Assembly (NCBI RefSeq): GCF_964194155.1
Contig: NC_135890.1
Location: forward strand, 27,218,001-27,282,000
Source of the DNA: Cetorhinus maximus
Lineage: Eukaryota
Direction of reading: 5' to 3'
Length of the DNA stretch: 64,000 nt
Positions 52,521-64,000 of the stretch are shown in pieces. The position numbers and the translations under genes are program-made. A model generated the notes under the pieces. The model had not been told where the DNA came from and did not search any database. It saw only the letters and a program-made list of their open reading frames with translations. Each line of letters begins with the position of its first letter. Positions within the stretch are counted from its first letter, which is position 1.

Positions 52521-53592
52521 TTATGTGTACAGACTTCCTTCTATGAGAAAATAGTCCAAATGATGTTCAGTGACATTCGCTCATTCTCTTCCCATATCCG
52601 TTCATTTCCTTGGTGCACTCACTCCTGTCAAGGGAAGAGCAAAGGTTTAAAGATCAGATCTTTTTTGTATCTAAATTTGAGCTGTTCCATATTGGTCTTG
52701 CTTGCTTAATTTTTGGTAAATACTTCATTTGGAATCTGTGTGGTATATTGGTGATGCTTTCTTCTGGAGGATCTGCAGAGAAATAAAGTGCTGTGGGTAC
52801 TAGTGATCTTGGATTATCCAAAAGGATATGAGGTCTCCACTAGGGCTGCAAATTGCAGATTTACAGCTTCTGGTTTGTAGGGGAACAAAGAGTGAAACTA
52901 AGCAGTAAACATGACTAAATAAGCAATCTTAAAATTACATCACACTGGTCTCATTAAATTGAGAGATTGGACCCATCCTGTGACAGATATCCCTGTGTTA
53001 TCTGTGTTATTACAGATTTAAAAAGCTGCCTATTTACAGGCTTATCATTTTACTACAAAACAGGCACTGAATAATAAAGAATTTACTTTGTGTTAGCAGT
53101 ATTATGGGCTAGGAACAACTTGGATAATTTGAAATAAAAACAAGAAATGCAGGAAAAATTCAGTAGGTCAGGCAGCATTTGTGGAGAGAAACAGAATTAA
53201 TGATCTTTTGTCAGAACCTGTGAAGAGAGAATATGATCTGGGATTAGGCTGGATGGCTATCTGTTGGCTGGCACAGATATGATGGGTCAAATGGCCCCTT
53301 TCATGCTGTAAATTTCTATAATTCTTTCTGTGATTTCTATGAGAAACAGTTTATGTTTCAGGGTGGTGATCTTTCATACGACACTGGAAATGATCAAGAA
53401 AAAGGATAACACTAGAAAAATATGATTTAATAGCTTTCTACTTTGCATAGACATAAAATATATTGGAGCATAACTTTTTACTGATGCAAAGAAAATAATA
53501 ATCCTATTATTGATGGTATTTAATAGCCACTAGCCAAAGTGAGAGGCAAACATGGGTTTCCAATGGACAGTTTCATGAAACTAGGGGCAGAT

Positions 53593-54287
53593 GGGGCAGA
53601 ATTTTTCCAATGGAGGGATATTCTGCCCCACGACCAGAAAAGTCTGCAGGGAGCATATTCCCGCTGATCTGGGCTTCCCTGCATCCACTTAACGCTACAA
53701 GGAATGGTAATTGGCTGGAAGAAGGACTTCTCTCTCTCGCTCGAGAGGAAGCCATGCCTTGGAGAGCTGCCAGCCAGTCAGCGCTGTAGTCCCAGCAGCG
53801 CTATCAGGAGCAGTGGCTACTGTGACTACAAAGTGCTGGAGTCAGGATGCAGGTAAATGTTGGAGGATGCTGCAGAGAGGACTGGGGGAGGGGGTCATGA
53901 TTTGATTGGCAGATGGAGAGGGAGTACCTTGGGGGGGGTGGGGGCAGATCTTAGGAGATGGGGCACCCAGTTGGAATATGGGGCCATAATGGAGGCCTCC
54001 CCTGAGCCTGCCCCAGACCAGAGCAGACTTACCTGCTGAGCCTACCCGTTACTGGCCCTGAACCCCTCATGCCAGCCTCAAAATTGAGGCTGGAGTGGGA
54101 AGTGGTTCTTAAGTGGCCATTAATTGAGGCACGGTTGGGCAGGCTGCCCTAGTCCTCGCCTGTCCCCACCCCCGTAAAATTGCGGACAGATCGGGAGAGG
54201 GCAGCAGGAAGGCCACCCAGCGAATTTTACAGGCCCCCTCCACCACCTTCAAACCCACTGGCGGGGGACTGTGAAAAATTCTGCCCC
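53593..54287. mobile_element. GC-rich MITE (PIF/Harbinger-like)
   Basis: Perfect TIR ggggcagaatttttc / gaaaaattctgcccc. Confidence 0.7.
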
Positions 54288-54444
54288 ATGTTTTATTTGC
54301 ATTAAACAATAGGAAACTAGTGAATCAAGATTCACCTATGGTCATACTATTTTAAATTAAGTAACTAAATTGCCATCTAACTAATAAATACTTGTCCCAT
54401 GTAATTGGACAAGACCCTGATTCACCCACGAAGTCCTCCCAGTA

Positions 54445-54938
54445 GAACATAATAAGAACATAAGAACTAGGAGCAGGAGTAGGCAATTCAGCCCCTCGAG
54501 CCTGCCCCGCCATTCATTACGATCATGGCTGATCTCATTTCGGCCTCAACTCCAATTTCCTGCCCCCTCCCCATAACCTTTCAACCCATTACTAATTAAA
54601 AATCAGTCTATCTCCTCCTTAAATTTATTCAGCGTCCCGGCATCCACTGCACTGAGGTGGTGAATTCCACAGATTCACGACCCTTTGAGAAAAGTAATTC
54701 CTCCTCATCTCTGATTTAAATATACCACCCCTTAGCCTAAAACTATGGCCTCTCGTTCTAGAATGCCTTAGAAGGGGAAACACCCACTCCACGTCTACTT
54801 TGTCTATCCTCTTTAGCACCTTATATACCTCAATTAGATCTCCTCTCATCCTTCTAAACTCTAGCGAGTATAGGCCTAAACTGCTCAATCTCTCCTCATA
54901 AGACAAGCTCCACATCTCTGGAATCAATCTAGTGAACC
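54445..54938 (-). mobile_element. CR1 3' fragment (younger)
   Basis: ORF LSYEERLSSLGLYSLEFRRMRGDLIEVYK; agaacata-type tail. Confidence 0.85.
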
Positions 54939-55644
54939 TAGTGTGATGGAATCTGTGGTTTCAAAGTTTTTTTGGGATGAACCCTAACTGAAAAGGGAAA
55001 CAGAGAAAGGAAACTGATCCGCAGTTTCGAAAGAAACAAAAACTGAAACTGCGATTGGAATCCAAAACTTCTAGGGAGATTGTACTTGGTTGAAAGCATA
55101 TAAAAGGACATGGATCAATCCAAGCTCAGTAAAAGTTGGTGCAGTACAAGCAAGCTGAAAAAGACAGAGGCTAGATCCAGAAGCTGAGAATAAGCAAATA
55201 TATAGTTTCTGCAGCTATTTCTGTAATTTGAAAATAAAATTGGTGGATCTACGCCATCCAGACTGAGTTGAGGAGTTTCTGTAGCCGTGTGCAATTTTTG
55301 CTGAAGACTTGAGTTCCTCTTGGAACTCAGGTTGGTCATGCGCTGCTCTCACCTGAGGATCAGGCTAAGTCTTAGAAGGAGAGGAGCTGAAATTCTTTGT
55401 GAGGAAGACAGAGTTTGAAGGACTTTTGTGACTGAGATTGATGACCTATATGCTGAATGGACTGCTGAGCCAATTCGTAAGATCGGTGTGAGTTTTATCT
55501 GCCACTTAAGTTTGATTTATTGTTTATAATTGACCAAAATGTTCTTTTTTTGTCTCATATTTAACTTATGTTCATTCTGGGTCATAGAGTATGGAAATAC
55601 TTTGGGGTCCCCTCTTTATTGAACAGGCTGATAATGCTTGTGTG

Positions 55645-56190
55645 TGTGCAGTTTTGGTCTCCATATTTAAGGAAGGATATGCTTGCATTGGAGGCAGTAC
55701 ACTGAAGGTTCACTAAATTGGTCCCTGGGATGAAGGGGTTGCCCTATGATGACAGGCTGAATAAATTGAGCTTAGGTTCTGTGGAGTTCAGAAGATGAGA
55801 GGCGATCTCATAGAAACATGTAAGATTCTGAAGGGGCTTTTTAGGGTAGACGCTGAGAGATTGTTTCTGCTGGTGGGAAAATTTAAAACACGGGGGCACA
55901 GCCTCAGGATAAGGGACCAATAATTTAGGATTGGGATGAGGAGAAATTACATCACTCAAAAGGTTGTGAATCTTTGGAATTCTCTACCCCAGAAGATTGT
56001 GGGTGCTCCATCGTTGAATACATTTAAGGCTGGAATAGACAGATTTTTGGGGTCTCAGGGAATTGAGGGATATGGGGACCGAGTGGGAAAGTGGAGTTGA
56101 AGCCCAAGATCGGCCATGATCGTGTTGAATGGCGGAGCAGGCCGATGGGCCACATAGTCTACTCCTGCTCCTATTTATTGTATTCTTATT
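55645..56190 (+). mobile_element. CR1 3' fragment
   Basis: CVQFWSPYLRKD motif; 3' UTR like 5460-6137. Confidence 0.8.
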
Positions 56191-56804
56191 ACAAATTGCA
56201 GTATTAAATGCACGAATGTTTTGCTGCAAAAGTCTGTTTGTGTATGTGCACTACACAAAAATCACAGTATGAATACATTAACTTAAAAGCCTTTTAAATA
56301 ACTTGAGTGAATCACAGTACAACAGTGCATATGTTTTATCCCAAAACTTGCAGAAATATCTTGATTCAAAATGCGCACACCAATACAATGAGCCAATTAA
56401 TATCTAGGGACTTTAAGTAACTTAAAGGAAAGAAAGAAGTAATCTATAAACGTTGTAATATCATTGGAGTACAAGTTTTAGCAAAACATATAAAATTAAA
56501 GCATGTTGTAAATGCAAAAATGCATTGTGCTGCTTCGTGCAATCTATATACACATCAACACATGTAACTACAAATTTGTCTTGCAATAAACTCTTGTGTA
56601 CTGCTAGAGTAAACTATCCTGTGAACAGTAATTTCTCAAAACCAAGTGAAAACAAGAACATTAATTACATTGCAATGGATTGGTTTTATGTATATATTTA
56701 ACAACACTAGCATACAAATATTGGCAAATTGCAGTACAGCAACTTCTAAAAGCTGTATGTGTTATGAAGAAAAACAAATAAAGCTGAGACCTGTATGTGT
56801 CAAC

Positions 56805-57088
56805 TGTGGTTCAGTTGGTAGCACTGTTACCTCTGAATCAGCAGGTTGTGTGTTACCTCTGAATCAGCAGGTTGTGGGTTCAAGTCCCTGCTCCAGGACT
56901 TGAGCACAAAAAATCAAAAACTGATACTCCAGTGCAGTACTGAGGGAATGCTACAATGTCAGAGGTGATGTCATTCACATAAAACGTTAAAATATGTCAA
57001 CAGTGACTACCCTGCAGAAGCATTTAATTGGCTGTAAAGCACTTTGGGATGTCATGAAAGGTGCTACATAAATGCAAGTCTTTTTCTC
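56805..57088 (+). mobile_element. tRNA-derived Deu-type SINE (SacSINE1-like), internally deleted
   Basis: A box TGGTTCAGTTGG, B box GGTTCAAGTCC, cagtgcagtactgaggga Deu-like core, L2-type tail gtaaagcactttgg...ataaatgcaagt; family name from recall. Confidence 0.6.
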
Positions 57089-57149
57089 ATAAATCCATAT
57101 TGAGGTGTCTCGTGGTGTCAACTTTCAAAATGATGACTTTAAAATTCGT

Positions 57150-57500
57150 TCCTGGGATGAGAGAGTCACTGGCAACGTCAGGATTTGTTGCCCATCTCTA
57201 ATACTCTGTGAGATGATGGTGGTGAGCCATCTTCTTGAACTGCTGTAGCCCATCTGGTCTAGATACACCCACACTGTTGAGGAGGGAGTTCCAGGATTTT
57301 GATCTACTGACATTGAAGGAATGGTCATACTTGGCTTGGAGGGGAACTTGCAGATATTGGTGTTCACATGCATCTGCTGCCCTTTTAGATGGTAGAGATT
57401 GTAGGCTTGGCAGGTGCTGTCGAAGGAGGCTTGGCAAATTGCTGCAATGTATCTTGTAGATGGCACTTATTGTTGCCGCTACATCAGTAGTGGAGGGAAT
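57150..57500 (-). mobile_element. L2/CR1-group LINE 3' fragment
   Basis: Similar to 35678-36050. Confidence 0.65.
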
Positions 57501-58234
57501 GAAGATTAAGACATGTTTAAAGTTTAAAATTTGAATAATGCTGATGGAAGGGAAGTTAGCATTGTTTGTTGTCGGATAAGATAAGCCCTGTTGAATGTCT
57601 ACATGCAATGTACCTATGTCATGGCATACACAGGCACACTTGGTGTAGATGTGATGCAATGCGTTTTCTTTGGTTTGGAACTTTGGGAAAACTTGCTATA
57701 AAAGCAGCAAGTAGCTATTGTAAAATGAGAAAATTTGTAATGCTTGTATTGTATAATTATAATTCTATTATGTGATGTAATATTGTGCAAATATAATTCA
57801 ATTAGTAGTTTGTACAAGATTTTGAAGCATTGCATTTTTTCTGGCATTCTTAATAGTTTACCCCTTCATTCTGAATTGTGATACATTTTTGTTACTAATC
57901 TTCCATTTAACAAATTGTTTTAATTAATGTTACTGTTATCTTGATGCCATATGCATTTTCACTTTTCACCTGCTTGAATCTTCATGCTAGGCCTTTCCTT
58001 CTACTTTTAAATTGTAAACAAGTCCCACCAGCCTTTAACAGAAAGTGCTGTATCAATAAATAAGGATGATTGATCCATTTTTCAGCTTATAATTTATAAA
58101 TATTTTTAATATGTCTTTTGGTTTCTGCACATATTATTATTTATTGCACATATTTTAAATATCCACACATTTTTTTCCTTGCATGTAAAGTGTACAAAAC
58201 ACTTTAAAAATAATTTTTGTACATGTATATTTAA

Positions 58235-58375
<141 letters not shown>

Positions 58376-58584
58376 TAATATTTTTATTTTAGGGTTTGCG
58401 GTAACATTTCACTAACTAAAACATTTTAATTGTCCAATTACTGCCTTTTTTTCCCTATGAGCTATCTAAAGAGGAAAGCATATTTCTAGAGGAAGATTGC
58501 TCATTATACTCAGCCAGTTGAACAGCCAGCTTATTCAATACTTGTGCTGAATTTTAGTGTAGGGAAGTGGGATTCTTAGTAGGA

Positions 58585-59908
58585 TCATAGAATGGTTACA
58601 ACACAGAAGGAGGCTATTTGGCCCATGGAGTCTGTGCATGTCCACTGCAAGAGCAATTCATCTAGTCCCAATCCCCTGACCTTTCTCTGTACCCCTGATT
58701 TTTTTTTTATCTTCAGGTGCTTATCCAATTTCTTTTTGAAAGCCACAGTTGAATCTTCCTCCACCACCCTCTCAGGCAGGGCATTCCAGATCCTAACCAC
58801 AAGTTGCCTTTGGTTCTTTTGCCAATCATCTTAAATCTGTGTCCTCTGGCTCTAGATCCCTCAAAAGGGATCAGTTTCTCTCTATTTACTCTGTCTAGAC
58901 CTCTCATGATCTTGAACACCTCTATCCAATATCCTCTCAACCTCCCCTTCTGTAAGGAGAACCACCCCTGTTACAACTGCAGCCAATGTTATTTGCTGAG
59001 CAAGCCAAATCCCAGAGGGAAACTTGTCTTACTGATGATAACTCTTTTTTTGTACTTTGAAAACGAGATGAGAACTACTAATCCCAGAATAGAATCCCAG
59101 TAACACTTCTAGGATTTTAAAATTAAAAGATTTATTAATGAGAAGAAAAAAAACTTAAACACACCAGATTAAAATTGCAGTTAAAACAGTCTTACGAAAC
59201 ATTCCCCTAAAAATCCCATTTGGCCAGAACACACAAGTAAACAACTTGGCAAAGCTCCCTTATAGATTTTAACCATAAAAATCCAGTAATATTACCCAAG
59301 GCAAAACTGCTGTCACTTTAGTAAAAGGTATACCACGTGACTTTTCACTCCCTTGCAGTCTGCTGTGGAAATCCCAGAAAAAAAGGTTCAGAAACAGCCT
59401 ACTTTCTGAAAACAAAGACTTCTCTGGATTGAAACTGGATGGCTGCTTCACATTAACAACTTTTCTCAGCATGGAGCTGGTCTCAGGACATCCCCCTCAC
59501 ACAGCCTACACAACTCAACTAAACATCTTTCCTTAAGTATCCTTTTCCCCTTTGATCTTAGGCTCCGTTGTTCTGAGCATCTCTTTGGACTCCATTTTTT
59601 CAAAATCTACATATCTTTCATGTTTTCCTATTGTTTCCACTTTCAGGTAAAATAAAAGTTAATAACCTTCCCTTGTTTACTTATGAAACTTTTGTAAGTT
59701 GTAAAAGTCCCTTGTAACTTCTAAACTCCTTTTGAAATTTAACAGCTGAAAAGTCAAGTCCCTAATTATCTTACAATGCAGATTTCAAACCCAACCCATT
59801 TACTCGTACATACAACTTCACCATAGCGTGTCATTTCGCACCTTCCCCTCTCATCTCTCTGCTCCCACAGGCAAGCTGTCTTTACTAACCTTCCCCCAGT
59901 TTAATTAT

Positions 59909-59942
<34 letters not shown>

Positions 59943-60550
59943 CCTTCTTTATAGAACACCACCATATTCCCAAAAGTATAAAAAAAACATCCATCTTCAC
60001 ACCCTAGATTTTCAAATCTTATCATCATAGCTGAAGTCCTTCATCCTTGGAACCATTCTTATAAATCGTTTCTGCACCCTCTCTAAAGCCTTCAAGCCTT
60101 CACATACTTCCTAAAATGTGGTGCCAGAATTGGGCACAATATTCCAGTTGAGGCTGTACCAGCATTTTCTTAAGTTGCATCATAACTACCTTGCTTTTGT
60201 TTTCTATGCCTCGATTTATAAAACCCAGGTTCCTGTATGCCTTTTTAACTACTTTCTCAACCTGCCCTGCCACCTTCAATGATTTGTGCACGTACATCCT
60301 TAGGTCTGTCTGTTTCTGTATCCTTTTAGAATTATATCCTTTAATTTATATTGCTTGCTCGTTATACCAAAATCTATCACATTCAAATTTCTCTGCATTA
60401 AATTGCCACATGGCCTCCATCCCAATAGCCTGTCTATGTCCTCTTGAAGTCAATCACTATCCTCCTCACAGTTCACAATACTTTCAAGTTTTGTGTCAAC
60501 TGCAAATTTTGAAATTGTGCCCAATGCGCCCAAGTCTAAGTCATTAATAT
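58585..60550 (-). mobile_element. CR1 fragment split by a solo LTR
   Basis: IEVFKIMRGLDRV and QLEYCAQFW motifs on either side of the insert. Confidence 0.75.
58969..60001 (-). repeat. Solo LTR (~1.03 kb) inserted in the CR1
   Basis: TGTTACA...CTTCACA termini; cccc/ccct flanks; CR1 sequence continues across it; contains (CA)n; orientation tentative. Confidence 0.65.
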
Positions 60551-60844
60551 ATATTTTTTTTTATTCATTCACGGGATGTGGGCTTCGCTGGTTGGGCCAG
60601 CATTTATTGCCCGTCCCTAGTTACCCTTGAGAAGATAGTGGTGAGCTGCCTTCTTAAACTACTGCAGCCCATGTGGGGTAGGTACACCCACAGTGCTGTT
60701 ATGAAGGAAGTTCCAGGTTTTGACCCAGTGACAGTGAAGGAACGGCGATATATTTCCAAGTCAGGATGGTGAGTGACTTCGAAGGGAACTTCGAGGTGGT
60801 GGTGGTGGTGTTCTCATCTATCTGTTGCCAGAAAAGCAGCAGTC

Positions 60845-62560
60845 ACAGAATCATAGAATCACAGAATCAGAATCACAGAATCTCACAGTGCAGAAGAGGC
60901 CCATTGAGTCTGCACTGACACGTGAGAAACACCTGACTTACCTAATCCCATTTACCAGCACTTGGCCCATAGACTTGAATGTTATGACGTGCCAAGTGCT
61001 CATCCAGATACTTTTTAAAGGATGTGAGGCAAACCGCCTCCACCACCCTTCCAGGCAGCGCATTCTGGACCGTCACCACCTTCTGGGTAAAAAAGTTTTT
61101 CCTCCATCCCCCCTAAACCTCCTGCCCCTCACCTTGAATTTGTGTCCCTTCGTGACTGACCTTTCAACTAAGGGGAACAGCTGCTCCCTATCCACCCTGT
61201 CCATGCCCCTCATTATCTTGTACACCTCGATCAGGTTGCCCCTCAGTCTTCTCTGCTCCAACGAAAACAACCCAAGTCTATCCAACCTCTCTTCATAATT
61301 TAAATGTTTCATCCCAGGCAACACCCTGGTGAATCTCCTCTGCACCCCCTCCAGTGCAGTCACATCCTTCCTAAAATGTGGCGACCAGAACTGCACACAG
61401 TACTCCAGCTGTGGCCTCACCAAGGTTCTATACAACTCCAACATCATGACCTCCCTACTTTTGTAATATGCCTTTTTCACCACCCCACTAACATGTCGCC
61501 CCCCCCCCCACCCCACACCCTTCAGAGATCTATGGACACACACGCCAAGATCCCTTTGTTCCTCAGAACTTCCTAGTGTCATGCTGTTCATTAAATACTT
61601 CCTTGTCAAATTACTCCTTCCAAAGTGTATCACCTTATGCTTTTCAGGGTTAAATTCCATCTGTCACTTATCTGCCCATTTGACCATCCCATCTATATCT
61701 TCCTCTAGCCCAAGACACTCAACGTCACTGTTAACCACCCGGCCAACCTTTGTGTCATCCGCAAACTTACTAATCCTAGCCCCCACATAGTCATCTATGT
61801 CGTTTATATAAATGACGAATAATAGGGGACCCAGCACAGTTCCCTGTGGTATGCCACTGGACACTGGCTTCCAGTCACTAAAGCATCCTTCTGTCATCAC
61901 CCTCTGTCTCCTACAACTAAGCCAATTTTGAATCCACCTTATCAAATTACCCTGTATCCCATGTGCATTTGCCTTCTTTATAAGTCTCCCATGTGGGACA
62001 TTGTCAAAGGCTTTGCTGAAATCCATATAAACTACATCAACTGCACTACCCTCATCTACACACCTGGTCACCTCCTCAAAAACTTCAATCAAATTTGTTA
62101 GGCATGACCTCCCTCCGACAAAGCCATGCTGACTATCCCTGATCAAACCTTGCCTCTCCAAGTGGAGATAGATTCTGTCCTTCAGAATTTTCTCCAATCG
62201 TTTCCCTACCACTAGTCCTAGTACTGATCCTTGGGGAACACAACTGCATACCTCCCTTCCAGTCCGTAAAACAACCAATTACCACCACACTCTCAGCCAA
62301 TTTCGTTTTGATGATATCATGGTCCCTATTATTCCATGTGCCTCAACTTTGCTGACCAGTCTATCATGTAGCACTTCTTCAAATTTTTTTTGGAAGTCCA
62401 TATGCACGACATCAGCTGCATTACCCTCATCAACCCTCTCCATTACCTCAACAAAGAACTCCACAAGATTCTAACCACTTTTTCTTTAACTAGTTATGTG
62501 ATCATTTCATCCTTAATTAGAGGCAATAAAATTTTCCCTACCACAGATGTTAAGGTAACT
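60845..62560 (-). mobile_element. CR1 ORF2 RT 3' half (60845-62213) plus an older adjacent CR1 piece
   Basis: QHGF, DFSKAFD, PQGTVLGP, KFADDTK, RPQLEYCVQFWSP; agaatcac-type tail. Confidence 0.9.
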
Positions 62561-62724
62561 AGCCTATAATGATCTGAATTAGTTTTGCCTCCAGTGCACA
62601 CCTATACTCAATAGAACCATGCAATATAATTTTTAGGACCTCACCAATTTCCTCAAGGATGTGTCCTATTGGATCCTGGCACTTTATCTTCCTTTAGCAT
62701 ATAATGCACCAACATTTTCTTTTT

Positions 62725-63525
62725 TTTATTCATTCATGGGATGTGGGCATCTCTGGCTAGGTCAACATTTATTGCCCATCCCTAATTGCCCTTGAGAAAG
62801 TGGTGATGAGCTGCCTTCTCGAACCGCTGCAGCCCATAGTGCTGTTAGGGAGGGAGTTCCAGGATTTTGAACCATCGACATTGGAGGAACAGTGATATAG
62901 TTCCAAGTCAGAATGTTGAGTGGCTTGGAGCGGAACTTCCAGATCGGGGTGTTATCATGTATCTGCTGCTCTTGTCCTTCTAGATGGTAGTGGTCCTGGG
63001 TAGAAAGGTGCTGCCTAAAAAGACTTGCTGAATTCCTGCAGTGCATCTTTTAAGTGGTACACTGCTGCCACTATGCATCAGTGGTGGAGGGAGTGAATAT
63101 TTGTGGATGGGGTGCCAATCATGCAGGCTGTTTTGTCCTGAATGGTGGCAAGCTCCTTGAGTGTTGTTGGAGCTGCACTCATCCAGGCAAGTGGAGGGTA
63201 TTCCATCATACTCCTGAAGCACCTTATAGATGGTGGACAGGCTTTGGGGAGTCAGGAGGTGAGTTACTTGCCGCAGGATTCCTAACCTCTGACTTGCTCT
63301 TGTAACCACAGTATTTATATGGCTAGTCCAGTTCAGTTTCTGGTCAATGGTAACCCGCAGATTGTTGATAGTGGGGGACATTGAATGTCAAGGGGCGATG
63401 GTTAGATTCTCTCTTGTTGGAGATAGTCATTGCCTGGCACTTGTGTGGTGCGAATCGTACTTGCTACTTGTCAGCACAAGCCTGGACATTGTTCAGGTCT
63501 TGCTGTATTTGAACATGGACTACTT
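62725..63525 (-). mobile_element. L2/CR1-group LINE 3' fragment
   Basis: TIDQKLNWTSHIN...RLGILRQVTHLLTPQSLSTIYK; family 3' tail. Confidence 0.8.
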
Positions 63526-64000
63526 CATAACATTGCTTGTCTTGCTCTAAATCATTTCAAGATTCATCTCCTTTTTGACATCTTTTTTTAGCAAAGACTG
63601 GTGCAATCCCTGTAATTTTTTCCAACAACATCAACAAATTGATTATCCTCTCGGGCGTCCTACTTTTAGCCTAATACTTACTTTACTGTGTTACAATCAG
63701 GTGAGATGGGGTAGAATGTCTCCCCTCTTTTTCCACTGCTTGTTTTACTGTAAGTGTTTTTTTAAAAAGGATATGCTTGCCAATTCAGTAAGTATTTAAT
63801 TGTTTACGTGCTGTGACTGTAAAAGACACACACAGGCAGGTTTCCCTCTTAGCCTTTCTTGTTCTTAACCTACTTCTTTGTTTTCTAATACGCTGCTTCT
63901 TTTATTCACTTTTATTTATATAGTTCTTATAGGCTGGTCTCTAACATTTTTATTTTACATCGCATCCTAAACCTTCTGGTATTTTACTTTTTTAATGGAA

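Overview
Vertebrate genomic DNA, probably a shark or ray (inferred from the repeat landscape of CR1/L2 LINEs, Penelope elements, a Deu-type SINE and GC-rich MITEs). The + strand carries 11 consecutive, phase-compatible internal coding exons of PHTF2 (3358-58354, 1743 nt = 581 codons); its first and last exons lie outside the window. The introns are dense in transposons. The main discovery is a near-complete but decayed ~8.3 kb endogenous retrovirus, antisense in the first intron (7198-15487). It has LTRs, a tRNA-Asn PBS and a PPT. Its Gag is coiled-coil with all three ESCRT late-domain types, an MHR and one CCHC knuckle. An in-frame UGA-CGG joins gag to pol and is followed by a stem-loop. Pol has a spuma-like RT and a dual RNase H with a Gypsy-like dead tether. 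Env is short, apparently spliced and not gamma-type. This mix fits neither foamy nor gamma/epsilon viruses and looks lokiretrovirus-like (inference). Also present: a non-autonomous Gmr1-type Gypsy element with a SCAN-like gag and an internal 410-bp inverted duplication, a Penelope element with a minimal hammerhead ribozyme, several palindromic Penelope-end insertions, solo LTRs and a ~170-bp-arm hairpin next to an exon. All alignments and translations were done by eye; no database search was run.
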